From Okamejei kenojei (Eukaryota), in assembly GCA_035221665.1 (NCBI GenBank), contig CM069138.1, positions 22,258,001 through 22,322,000 of the forward strand: a DNA stretch of 64,000 bases, given 5' to 3'. Of the stretch, positions 39,101-51,100 are shown in pieces. The number at the start of each line of letters is the position of its first letter. Positions within the stretch are counted from its first letter, which is position 1. Position numbers and translations under genes: made by a program. The notes beneath the pieces were generated by a model, which was given only the letters and a program-made list of their open reading frames with translations, did not search any database and was not told where the DNA came from.

Positions 39101-42100
39101 TACTCCAAAATATAATGAGACAAGGGTCACAGTACCCAGAAGTTTCCCAAAATGACCCTGAGGGGTATGAATATACTGAATATGGCTATGTGCCAAATTG
39201 GGAATTTGAAACTCCAGACCCAGGATTAAGGGCGGTGGAAGTCTCATTGGATATAATTCCAAGTGTATCAGGGCTGCAGAAGACAGACCCTGCAAGTGGT
39301 GATGTGGATTATGAGTGCACACCACGAATAAAAAAGAAAAGGCTAGATGTGCCTGATATGGCAAAAGATTTTGCTATACCTGAAGGAAGTGGTGAGGCTA
39401 TGGAAGAAAACCTAGCTGCCAGTATAAATTATATGGTATCTCACCAACTTCAAGATTCTGTGATGACTGAAACAGCAGAATTATATAAAACACCGGAAAA
39501 TTGCACCTCATTGAAGGTACCTACGGTTAATCCATCCATATTGACGCCTTTGACTCCGGGCATGAGAGGACAAGAAATAAGATTTCAAAGAATCCTCAAA
39601 TTGATTTCAGCTGCCATTACTGCTTTTGGAGGCAAATGGAGGGGTCGGAAATGGTTAAAATCCAAAAAGATACTTTGGGCTTATTGTGCAATTCCTTCTA
39701 TGAAATTAATTGTATGAGGAAAATTGCGATTCGGCCCATATTCCATCCAAGCTTTGCAGGTCTGTGTCGATCAAGTGGTGTTCAAGCTCCTGGTTATCTA
39801 TTTGGAGAGAACCTGCCTAAGCAAATAAGAGAAATGGATGAAGAGGCTAAATCTATTAGCCACATGAGACCTTTCGTGTTTGGACAAAAAAGGTATTCTT
39901 CGTCAAGAAGGGGTTTTGATTTTGGAAGCAGAGGCAGGAGTATGATAAGAAAATATTACCATCCGACTCAGCCTAATGTTCACCCATATACGGGGAGAAG
40001 GAGACCACCACGTTCATATGGAGAGGTACAACAAATTTATTCAATTCTTAAAGAAACTGTTGGAGGGAGATTACAAATGTTTTATAATGAATGGCTGGCC
40101 ATCACATCTGATCGATTTATTTTACAAACAGTTTTAGGAGCTACTATTACATTTAAAGAAGGTGTTAATTCTCCGGTACAAAATAAACATGCTTATGGTT
40201 TCATGTTTTCTGCAATTGAAGAGGCAGAAATTAATGTGGAAATTGACAAATTGTGTAAAAAAGGTGTTATTGAAAAAACTGTTGAACATAAACATCAATT
40301 TGTGTCAAACATATTTCCAAGAAGTAAAAAAGATGGTGGTTGTAGAATTATTCTGGACCTTACAAACTTTAATAAATTTGTAGAGTATAAACATTTTAAG
40401 ATGGAAACATTTAACACTACAAGACATTTGATATCAGCAGGTTGTTATATGGCTACAATTGACTTAAAGGATGCGTACTATTCAGTACCAATACATTAGT
40501 TCTTTCGAAGGTATTTAAAATTTAATTGGCTGGGACAGCTGTGGCAATTCAAAGCTTTACCAAATGGGTTAAGTTCAGCTCCCAGGCTCTTTACAAAGCT
40601 GTTGAAACCAGCTTTAGCACAATTAAGAGCACAAAAGCACATTCTTATGGCTTATTTGGATGATATTTTAATCATCAATGGTAATCTGGAATCAGCTGAA
40701 AAATCAGTTTCAGCAACTAAAACTTTGTTTGAGAAATTAGGTTTCTTGATTCATCCAATTAAGTCCCAGCTGCCGTCAGCACAGTCAATTAACTATTTGG
40801 GGTTTGTGATTAACTCAGTTACTATGTTAGTAACTTTGCCAACAGATAAGATTGATGATATTCTAATGACCAGTAGGGTCTTATTCACAAACCTTATCCC
40901 TCCATCTGAGAAGTAGCAAAGGTCATTGGTAAATTAGTAGCAGCATTTCCTGCAGTAGAATTTGGTCCATTACATTACCAAAACCTTCAAAGGGACAAAA
41001 TAAGAGCTCTAAAAAAGAGAGCAGGCCATTTTGATAGGCCTATGCAATTAACAAAAGAAGCTTTATTGGAATTACAATGGTGGATTGAAAATGTCCCACA
41101 AGCTGCTAAAAACATTTTGATACAACAGCCTGAAGTAATTTTACAAACAGATGCTAGTGCTCTCGGATGGGGGGCAACAGATTCATTCACCAGCTGTGGG
41201 GGTAGATGGACTGTCCAAGAGGAAATGTTTCTCCAAACATATGGTATTAACTATTTAGAATTATTGGGAGCATTTTATGGGTTAAAAGCCTATTGTTCTA
41301 CAAAAAAGAATCTGCATGTACTGATTCAATTAGACAATAAAACAGCTGTTGCATATATTAATCACATGGGTGGAGTCAGATCGGTATCATGTGATTGTCT
41401 GGTCAATCAGATATGGCAGTGGTGTATTAAGCACCAAATTTGGATTTCAGCAAATTACATTCCAGGTAAAGATAATGTGGTGGCAGACAATAGGTCAAGG
41501 GTGTTCAAAGACAACACAGAATGGATGTTGAACCCAGTAATTTTCAGTAAAATTGTGATTCAATATGGGTTACCAGACATTGATTTGTTTGCATCAAGAT
41601 TAAATCATCAATTGCCTAAATATGTGTCTTGGGAACCAGATACAGATGCAGTAGCAGTAGATGCTTTTTCACTACATTGGGGGAATATGTTATTTTATGC
41701 TTTTCTGCCATTTGCTCTGGTTCAGCAATGTCTGAAGAAAATAGAGCAAGATTCTGCCACAGGATTATTGGTGATCCCAAATTGGCCGACACAACCATGG
41801 TTCCCATTGATGTTAAACATGATTAAAGAACCATATATGTCAATTCCTAGCAGCAGTGATTTATTGATAAAACCAGTAACCAAAGAAATTCATCCATTAC
41901 ATGCTTATATGAATTTGTTAATCTACAGGTTTTGACCAGACCACTACAAGAGCTTGGATTTTCGGATAGAACTATGGATAGTATAGTCGCATCATGGCGA
42001 GATAGCACTCAGAAACAATATATGACACATATAAAGAAATGGGAAAATTTTTGTAGACAGTCAAATATATCCTATCATACTGTGAACATTGCAAACATAT

Positions 42101-45100
42101 TGGAGTTCCTTGCCGAGTTGCATTTTGAACAGCACTTAAGTTATAGTGCCATTAATAGTGCACGTAGTGCCTTATCATCTTACTTAGGACAAATCTCTGA
42201 CCAGAAATCAATTGGATCACATCCATTAATATCCAGATTTATGAAAGGAATCTTTAACAAAAATCCACCCAAACCAAGATATACAGAAATTTGGGATGTC
42301 AGCATTGTACTTACTTTACTTAGGCAATGGACTCCAATCGAAGTTTTGTCATTGGAAAAGTTAACATTTAAATTAGTAATGTTAATGGCATTGGTTTCAG
42401 CTCAAAGGGTGCAAACATTACAAATGCTACGTTTAGACTGTATGCATGTGGCTGCAGATAACATTGTGTTCTATGTTTACGATCTGATCAAACAAAGCAG
42501 ACCAGGAGAACTGGAGCAAAGGTAATGTTTCAAGCTTACCCTATTGATCCAACGTTGTGTGTAGTTAAACATTTGAATCAATATGTAAAGGTTACCAAAA
42601 CACTTCGAGGTGATGAAAAAACATTAATGATTACGCATAAGAAACCACACACAAAAGCTTCAGTGCAAACAATTTCAAGGTGGTTAAAACAGGTGTTACT
42701 TTTAGCAGGAGTAGACACTGATGTGTTCAAATCTCACTCCACCAGGGCAGCAGCTACGTCCGCGGCGAAGTTACAGGACATACCACTCGAACACATTTTA
42801 GAAACCGCAGGGTGGTGTAAAGAAGAAACTTTTTCAAAGTTCTACAATAAACCTGTTCACACAATGACAGGCTTTGGACACGCGGTGTTGGGTTCACTAT
42901 AATCACCTGCTTTGTTTCACTATCGATTGATATTATCGATTATGTTATCACTTATATATCTTTTATCACTTGTAATGGTTTCCCCAGATGTAAAAAGGGG
43001 GTTATTATATGTTCTTTTTTCATTAAAAGATTTATGGAAAGAACTAAAACTAGTCTGGTAAAAGGTTTTTTACTCATGTATGTGTTAACCTAGCCGGACT
43101 GTCGTATGGAAGAATTCTACGACATGAAAAACACAGAAGCTTCAAAATCTTCACGTAGTCACTCACGTGACTCCGAAGTAAAATAGTAAGATTAAACGAG
43201 AACTTACCAGTTCGAAGTTTGATCGTTATTTTATGAGGAGTAACGATGAGGGATTACGTGCCCTCCACTCCACAACCTCATAAAATAAATGATCATCTGG
43301 TAGTTCTAAATCTTTGGTGAGCCTTACTATCTTACTCCGGCTATTGTTTTCTCTGTTTTTCATGCCGCTGCTTTGAAGTATGCCGTTCTAGCGCCAGGCG
43401 GGCCTTCTTCACGTAATCCCTCATCATTACTCCTCATAAAATAACGATCAAACTTCGAACTGGTAAGTTCTCGTTTAATCTTACTATTAACTTTAGATCA
43501 GTGTCCAATTTAGTTTTAAGAACCTCAGAAATGATTCCAAAAATATCAGCCCAATAACTATTAAGTTTTGTACATGTTACAAAACTATGCGTTAAGTTAG
43601 CTTCTAAATTCTGACATTTATCGCAAATAGAAGAAATGTTAGGAAAAATTCTATTTAATTTCGTTTTTGAATAGTGTAATCTATGTATTACTTTAAATTG
43701 TACCAAAGTGTGTCTGGCATTTAATGAGCATCGATGTATATGTTGTAAACTTTCTTCCCAAGTGTCTTTCATTATAGATAGACCTATTTTATTTTCCCAT
43801 ATCTGTCGGTATGATTCTGTTGTTGGGACTTCCCTATCCAAAAGAGTATTATATATGCACGCTATTAATTTTTCTGTATTTGGATGCTTGTCAAGCCACT
43901 CATCCAGTAATCCTGGTTCTCTATTCTTATAGTCTTGCATGTTTGACTTGATATAGTCTCTAATTTGTAAATACCTAAACAAGTTATTTGGGTGTAATCC
44001 ATAGATATCTTTTAATTCTTGAAATGATAGAAATGTTCCTTTCCTGTAAAGGTGTTCTATCCTTATAATTCCTAAATTTCTTCCAGTGTCTAAACCCCTT
44101 ATCCAATATAGAAGGTTTAAATAAAGGATTATTCATAATTGGTAAACAGAGTGACATATTATCCAGCTGTAAAGTGTTAACTATTTGTTTCCAAATACGT
44201 ATATTGCTATAAATTATAGGGTTTTACCTGTAAGTTTTTTTTTGTACTTCACTTGGAGCAAGAAGAATCAAACTTATATCAAATGGTAAACAGTCTTCCA
44301 TTTCCATCTTTAGCCAAGCTGGTTCCTGGTCCATTTTTACCAGCCAAAAATTCATATTCTTAATCTGAACCGCCCAAAAATAATATTAAAAATTAGGTAA
44401 CGCTAATCATCCATTTATCTTGGATTTACATAAAAGTTTTCTACTTATTCTGTGAATTTTATAATCCCAAATAAAGCTGTTAATAATAGAATCGATTAAA
44501 AAAAAAATGTTTGGGAGATATAAAGGGATAGCTTGAAATAAATATAATAATTGTGGTAAGAAGACCATTTTTATAGCATTTATTCTGCCAATCATTGATA
44601 TTGATAGTGTTTTCCAGTATAAAATATTCTTTTTTAGTTTATCCAATAACTGAGGATAATTTAATTTGAATAATAGATTATAAGATTTAGATACATTAAT
44701 TCCTAGGTATTTAAATTTATCCGTAACTATTTTAAATGGAAATTGTTGTAATATGTTTACTTTTATTTCAGTTATAGGCATAATTTCACTTTTATTCCAA
44801 TTAATTCTATATCCTGAAAATGTACCGAACTTATTTATAATGTTAAGTAAGTTAGGAATACTGATCTCCGGTTTTGTGATATATATTAAAACATCGTCTG
44901 CATATAAAGATATTTTATTTGTTGTGGTATTAGTATTGTATCCATATATTTCTGGATCTGATCTAATCCTTTCGGCTAATGGCTCGATTGCGAGAGCAAA
45001 TAATAAAGGTGATAACGGGCATCCTTGTCTAACCCCTAGAAAGATTAAATTTAGCTGATAACATTTGGTTTGTTAGTATTTTTGCTGTAGGGTTGGAGTA

Positions 45101-48100
45101 TAAAAATTTTAACCCATTTACAAAATCTATCGCCCAGTTGAAATTTCTGCATTATCTTAAATAAGTAAGGCCATTCAACCTGGTCGAATGCTTTATCCGC
45201 ATCTAGTGAAATGACAGCTAATTCAATATCATTAACTCTTTTTGAATATATAATATTGAATAGTCTTCTCAAGTTATAAGTGGAGTAACGTTTGGGAATA
45301 AAGCCTGTTTGATCATGATGTATTAGTTTATGAATCACTATACTTAACCTTTGGGATAAAATTTTAGATAATATTTTTTTATCAGTATTTAGAAGAGCAA
45401 TTGCTCTATATGATCCAGGATCTTCCAGATCCTTATCTACTTTAGGAATTAGTATGATTGTAGACTCATTTAGAGTTTCTGGTAACTTTCCTTGTTCGTG
45501 AGCATATTTATATATCGCTTGTAAACGTCGGGAAATCAAGTCGTGAAACTTCTTATAAAATTCAGCACTTAGGCCATCAGGGTCAGCGGCTTTTCCATTT
45601 TTCAACGATCTGATTGATTCCTCAATGTCTTTTACTGATATTTCAGCATCTTACAAGTCTTTGCCTTCCTGATCTAAGCCTTTGATATGACATTCAAGTA
45701 GGAATGTTTCCATTCCATCCGATTGCCCCGTCAGTTTGGTTGAATAAAGTTTTTGATAGTAATGCAGAACTCTGTCATTAATATCTTTTGGCAAAGTTAA
45801 TATTTCACCTTGTTTTGATCTGATTTTATATATCATTTTTTCCTCATCTGATTTTCTAAGCTGGCGTGACAATAATTTTTGTGGTTTGTCACCAAATTCA
45901 AAATGTACTTGTTTAGTCTGTTGAAAAAGGTTTTATAACATGATTTGCGTATATTTTATTTAGCTTATATTTTAATATTGCAATTTTATTATGTATCACC
46001 TTAGATTACATTTTCAATATCTAATTGCTTTATTTCATTTTCTAAAGTTTGTTGCATCTTTCTAAAGTTTGTTACAACATCGGGAAGATTGTTCCCGATG
46101 TTGGGGAAGTCCAGGACAAGGGGTTACAGTTTAAGGATAAGGGGGAAGTCTTTTAGGACCGAGATGAGAAAATCATATAACCATATAACCATATAACCAT
46201 ATAACAATTACAGCACGGAGACAGGCCCTCTCGGCCCTTCCAGTCCGTGCCGACCATTTGTTTTCCCCTAGTCCCATCTACCTGCACTCAGACCATACCC
46301 CTCCATTCCCTTCACGTCCATATACCTATCCACTTTACTTTTAAATGTTAAAATCGATCCTGCCTCCACCACCTCTGCCGGAAGCTCATTCCACACAGCC
46401 ACCACCCTCTGAGTAAATCGTTTTTCACACAGAGAATGGTGAATCTGGGGAATTCTCTGCCACAGAAGGTAGTTGAGGCCAGTTCGTTGGTCATATTTAA
46501 GAGTGAGTTGGATGTGGCCCTTGTGGCTGAAGGGATCAGGGGGTTGGAGAGAAGGCAGGTACAGGATACTGAGTTGGATGATCAACCATGATCATATTGA
46601 ATGGCGGTGCAGGCTCGAAGGACCGAATGGCCTGCTCCTGCACCTAATTTCTATGTTTCTATGTTTCTATGTTTCTATTTCTAGAGTCACCTCCCTGAGG
46701 ACCCTGGGATGCAGTGTATCAGGCCCCGGGATTTATCATCCTTCAGTTCCATTAGCCTACCCAATACTATTTCTAGCCTAATGAAAATTCCTTTCAGTTC
46801 CTCGACCCCCTTAGATCCTCTGTCTTCCAGTAATTCCGGGAGATTGTTTGTGACTTCCTTAGTGAAGACAGATCCAAAGTACTTGTTCAACTCTTCTGCC
46901 ATTTCCTTGTTCCCGAAAATAATTTCACCCGTGTCTGCTTCAAGGGACCCTCATTTGACTTTGCTACTTTTTCCCTTAACATATCTAAAGAAGCTTTTAC
47001 TGTGCTTTATATTCCTGGCCAGCTTCCCTTCGTACTTCATCTTTTCAGACCATATTGCCCGTTTTGTTTCCTTCTGTTGTCCTATGAACGTTTCCCAATC
47101 GTTCTGGCTTCCGGCTAATCTTTGCTGTGTTACACATCTTTTCTTTTAGTTTTATTCTATATCTAACTTCTCTTGTCAGCCACGGTTGCCTCCTACTCCC
47201 CTTAGAATCTTTCTTCCTTTTTGGAATTAAATGATCCTGAGTCTTCCGGATTATGCCCAGAAATTCCTGCCATTGCTGTTCCACCATCATTCCTGCTAGT
47301 ATCCCTTTCCAGTCTACCTTGGCCAGCTCCTCTCTCATGCCTTCATAATCCCCTTTGTTCAACTGCATCACTGCCACTTCAGATTTAACGTTCTCCTTCT
47401 CAAATTACAGATTAAAACTAATCTTATTATGATCAGTACCTCCAAGCTATTCCTTTACCTCAAGTTCTCTTTATCAAATTTGGTTAATTGGACAACACTA
47501 AATCCAAGATTGCCTTTTCTCTGGTCAGCTCCAAGCTGCTCTAAGAATCCATCTCGGAGGCACTCTACAAATTCTCTTTCTTGGGGTCTGGAATCAACCT
47601 GATTTTCCAACTCTACCTGCATATTGAAATCCCCCATCACCACAGTGGCATTACCTTTGTTACACGCCAGTTTTAACTCCTGCTTTAACTTACACCCTAC
47701 ATCCGGGCAACTATTTGGGGGTCTGTAGATAACACCAATTAGTGTCTTCTTGCCTTTGCAATTCCTCAACTCAATCCAGAGTGACTCTACCTCGTCAGTC
47801 CCTATATCTTCCCTCGCATGGTTTTCCCTCGCAAGGTCGCTTTGGTCTTTCCATCCCACCCTCACATTCTCTACAACATAAAACAAACTTATTTTTTCTC
47901 TTAAGATAGAACAAATTGCTGGAGCATGAAGGTGGTCTTGGGTCAGGATCCTTCTTCTGACCTGAAACGTCACCTTTCTAATTTTCCCCCAAGATTCTGC
48001 CTGACTTTCTTGAGTTACTACGCATCTTGTGTCTATCTTTGGTATAAACCAGCATCTGCGGTTCCTTATTATTACATTTTCTCTTTCCCAATTCTGACCA

Positions 48101-51100
48101 AAGATCGCAGCTTGAAATATGTACTGTCGCTCTTTCCACAGATGCAGACAGACCTGCTGAGGGTTTCCAGCGTTTGGTGGTTTTATTGCACGTTTGCAGA
48201 ATCGGCAATTTCTTGGTTGTCATGGATTGGGAAATGCTGATTAGAAAGGATCTTTGATGCATCTAAATATTAGTTACTGAAAGCAAACACGCACGTACAG
48301 TGTGGTAACTGTATTGTTATAGGGCTTCAGTACAAGTACAAGGATAACACAACATTTACACAGGGACATTTAAATTTTCCAACCCAGGATTATAATTACA
48401 GAATGTAGAAAAGTTTGGAAAATTATAATGTGTCTGCAACTGGCTTGCTTATTTCTTTTCATATCTTGGGCAGGAAAGGATCAGGTCTTGAGCAATTGTT
48501 TGTCCACCAATGTTTTTTCTAAATAATTTATTTTGTATAACTTATGTTAAGCTGGAAAAAGTGAAAAGATTATTTACAAGGAGGTCGCCAGGACTCGAGA
48601 GACTGTGTTATAGGAACAAGTCGGGTAAACAAGGACTTTATTCCATATGGAGATTTCCTTATTCCTGAGGGGTGATCTTATTGAGGTGTACAAAATCCTG
48701 AGGGACACAGATAGGATGAAAGCACACAGTCTTTTTCCCAGGGGAGGGTAATCAAAAAGAAGAGAGCATTGGTTTAAAGTGAGAGGGGAATAATTTATTT
48801 GGAACTAGAAGGGCTGTAGGTGGTGTTTTGTACATGGAACATGCTGATAGAGGAAGTGGTTGAGTCATGTGCAAATCAACATTTATAAGACATTTGGACA
48901 AACACATATAGGAAAGGGTTTGAGGGATGTGAACAAACATGGCCAAATGTGACTAGCTTAGATAGGGCATCTTGGTCAACACAGATGGGTTAGACTGAAT
49001 CTAGTTCTACATCTCTCCATATCACCATTTATATTCCTCGTTTCCTATTCCCCTCACTCTCAATCTGAACAAGGGTCTCGACCCGAAACTTCACCTATTC
49101 CTTTTCTTCGGAGATGCTGCCTGACCCATTGAGTTACGCCAGTTTTTTGTGTCTATCTTCAGTTTAAATCAGCATCTGCAGTTCCTTCCTACACGCCCTT
49201 TCTGCGTGCTGTATGACTCTATGACTCTTTACCGTGTGTGTTAAAATCTGTTAGTTTTTGTTCTCTCTCCTAATAGATTTATAAAATCTTTTGTCATTAT
49301 ATTTGATATTCTTCACACTGGCTTTTAATGAAAACATATACATCAGGCTATTGTTCATTGACTGCGGCACAGCGTTCAACACCATTATCCTGTCCAAACT
49401 CAGGGATCTGAGTCTCTTCTCCACCCTATTCTACTGATTGCTCAACTTCCCCATTGGCGGACCTCAGTCTGTATGTATTGGCAACACCATCTCCACCTCC
49501 CTGACCATCAGCCTAGGGGCACCTCAAAGCTGTGTGTTCAAACCCCTGATCCACCCTATGTATACCCGTGACTGTGTAGCCAGACGCAGCTCCAGAGCCA
49601 TCTTTAAATTCTCCAATGATACTACCATCCATGGATGAGTAATGGCTAATGCTGAGTCAGGGTACTGGAGGGAGATCGATAATATAGTGGAGTGGTGTCA
49701 GAACAAGAATTGTGCTCTCAGCATCAGCAAGAAAAAAGAACAGGTTATTGACTTCAGGAAAGGAAAGCCGAGGGACTATGCACCTGTCCATGTTGGTGGA
49801 ATGGCAATGGAAAAAGAGTTAAAGGCTTCATGTTCCTGGGCTTTCACACCTCTGATGGTCTGTCGTGGGCACAGCGCACAATCAGAAAGAAAGTTCACCA
49901 ATGCTTTTACTTCCTCAGAAGTTTGAGGAGATTTGGCACGTTGCCCAATACTCTATCAAACCTCCGCAATTGTACAGTGGACAGGTTACTAGCTAGTTGC
50001 ATCATGGCCTCGTTTGAAAATTTGAATGCTCAGGATTGAAGGAGGCAACAAAAAGCAGCGGACATTGCCCAGTCCATCATCGATACTGGCCTCCACACCA
50101 TCAAAGGGATCTACAGGAAGCGCTGCCTCAAGAAGACAGCTAATATTGTCAAGACCCACACCATCCACCCCACACTGTCTTCTCACTGCTATCATCGGGA
50201 AGCAGGTGCTGGAGCCCGAGAACTGTTACCTCCAGGTTCAAGAAGAGGTTTATCCAATCAACCAACAGTTTTTGAATTAATTTGTACACCCAAACCACAA
50301 CCCTATCGCACCACTGAACAGACTTTGCATGACTGTGGTTACTCCACATACTTTGATAATGCTTTATCATCATCTAGTTTAGTTAGATAAGTTATGGCGC
50401 ACTTGTTGCTGCTGTTCTGATTTATTATAGAGATACAGCGTGGAATCAACCCCTATGGCCCACTGAGTACGCGCCAACCAGTGAACACCCCGTACACACT
50501 AGAGACAATTTACAATTTTACCAAAGCCAATTAATGTACAAATGTGTATATTTTTGGAGTGTAGGAAGAAACCAAAACACTCGGAGAAATCCCACATGGT
50601 CACACAGAGAACGCACAAACTCCGTACAGATTAATGTGTCTAAAGCCAGTAAGTCAGAATTTAATTGCTCCAGTCCACTTCTGCCGTATATGAAAAATAA
50701 ACTCGCTTCTAGTTATTGTATCCCCTTCACACATCTCATTACTTTTCTTCCCTCCATTACATCTGCCTGTTTAATCTCCACTCTTTCTTACATTTGAATA
50801 ATGCATTTCTTTTACATATGGGTTGTGAATGTACAGGTGTTTCCTACCTTCTGATATTTCACCCAAATAATTTGCTCAGAGATGAATCAGAACAGCCTCA
50901 GATTACTTCTAAACCCTGATTAGCAAAGCAGTGAAACAAATTGATATCCATGCGTGATATGAACTCCAGAGCAGTACACTTCATTGTCCTTCTCACAGAG
51001 AACCAAGAACACAAAACATCTCAATTTTAAACAGAAATATTCAACTGTAAAATCATAGATTCACATCATTGCAATATGTAAATTGAATTTGAAAGCAGAT

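Larger units (their letters stand above)
38572..43487 (+). mobile_element. DIRS1-type tyrosine-recombinase retrotransposon, complete termini, mutated ORFs
   Basis: Left terminus from 38572; internal complementary region 43148-43260; right ITR/extension 43380-43487; gag, RT (YLDD), RNase H (TDAS), methyltransferase-like (DLFASRLN) and YR (HSTR...AGW...TFSKFY) domains. Confidence 0.95.
38082..46075 (-). mobile_element. L1-clade LINE, third layer (parts 38082-38571 and 43488-46075)
   Basis: [44 protein letters not shown] zinc knuckle; poly(T) at the left end. Confidence 0.92.
35186..46678 (+). mobile_element. CR1 LINE, second layer (parts 35186-38081 and 46081-46678)
   Basis: [32 protein letters not shown]; (TTTCTATG)n tail at about 46650-46678. 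Confidence 0.92.
33815..47830 (-). mobile_element. CR1 LINE, outer layer of nest (parts 33815-35185 and 46676-47830)
   Basis: Same family as 13960-18118; RT/3' end on the left, APE region on the right. Confidence 0.9.
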
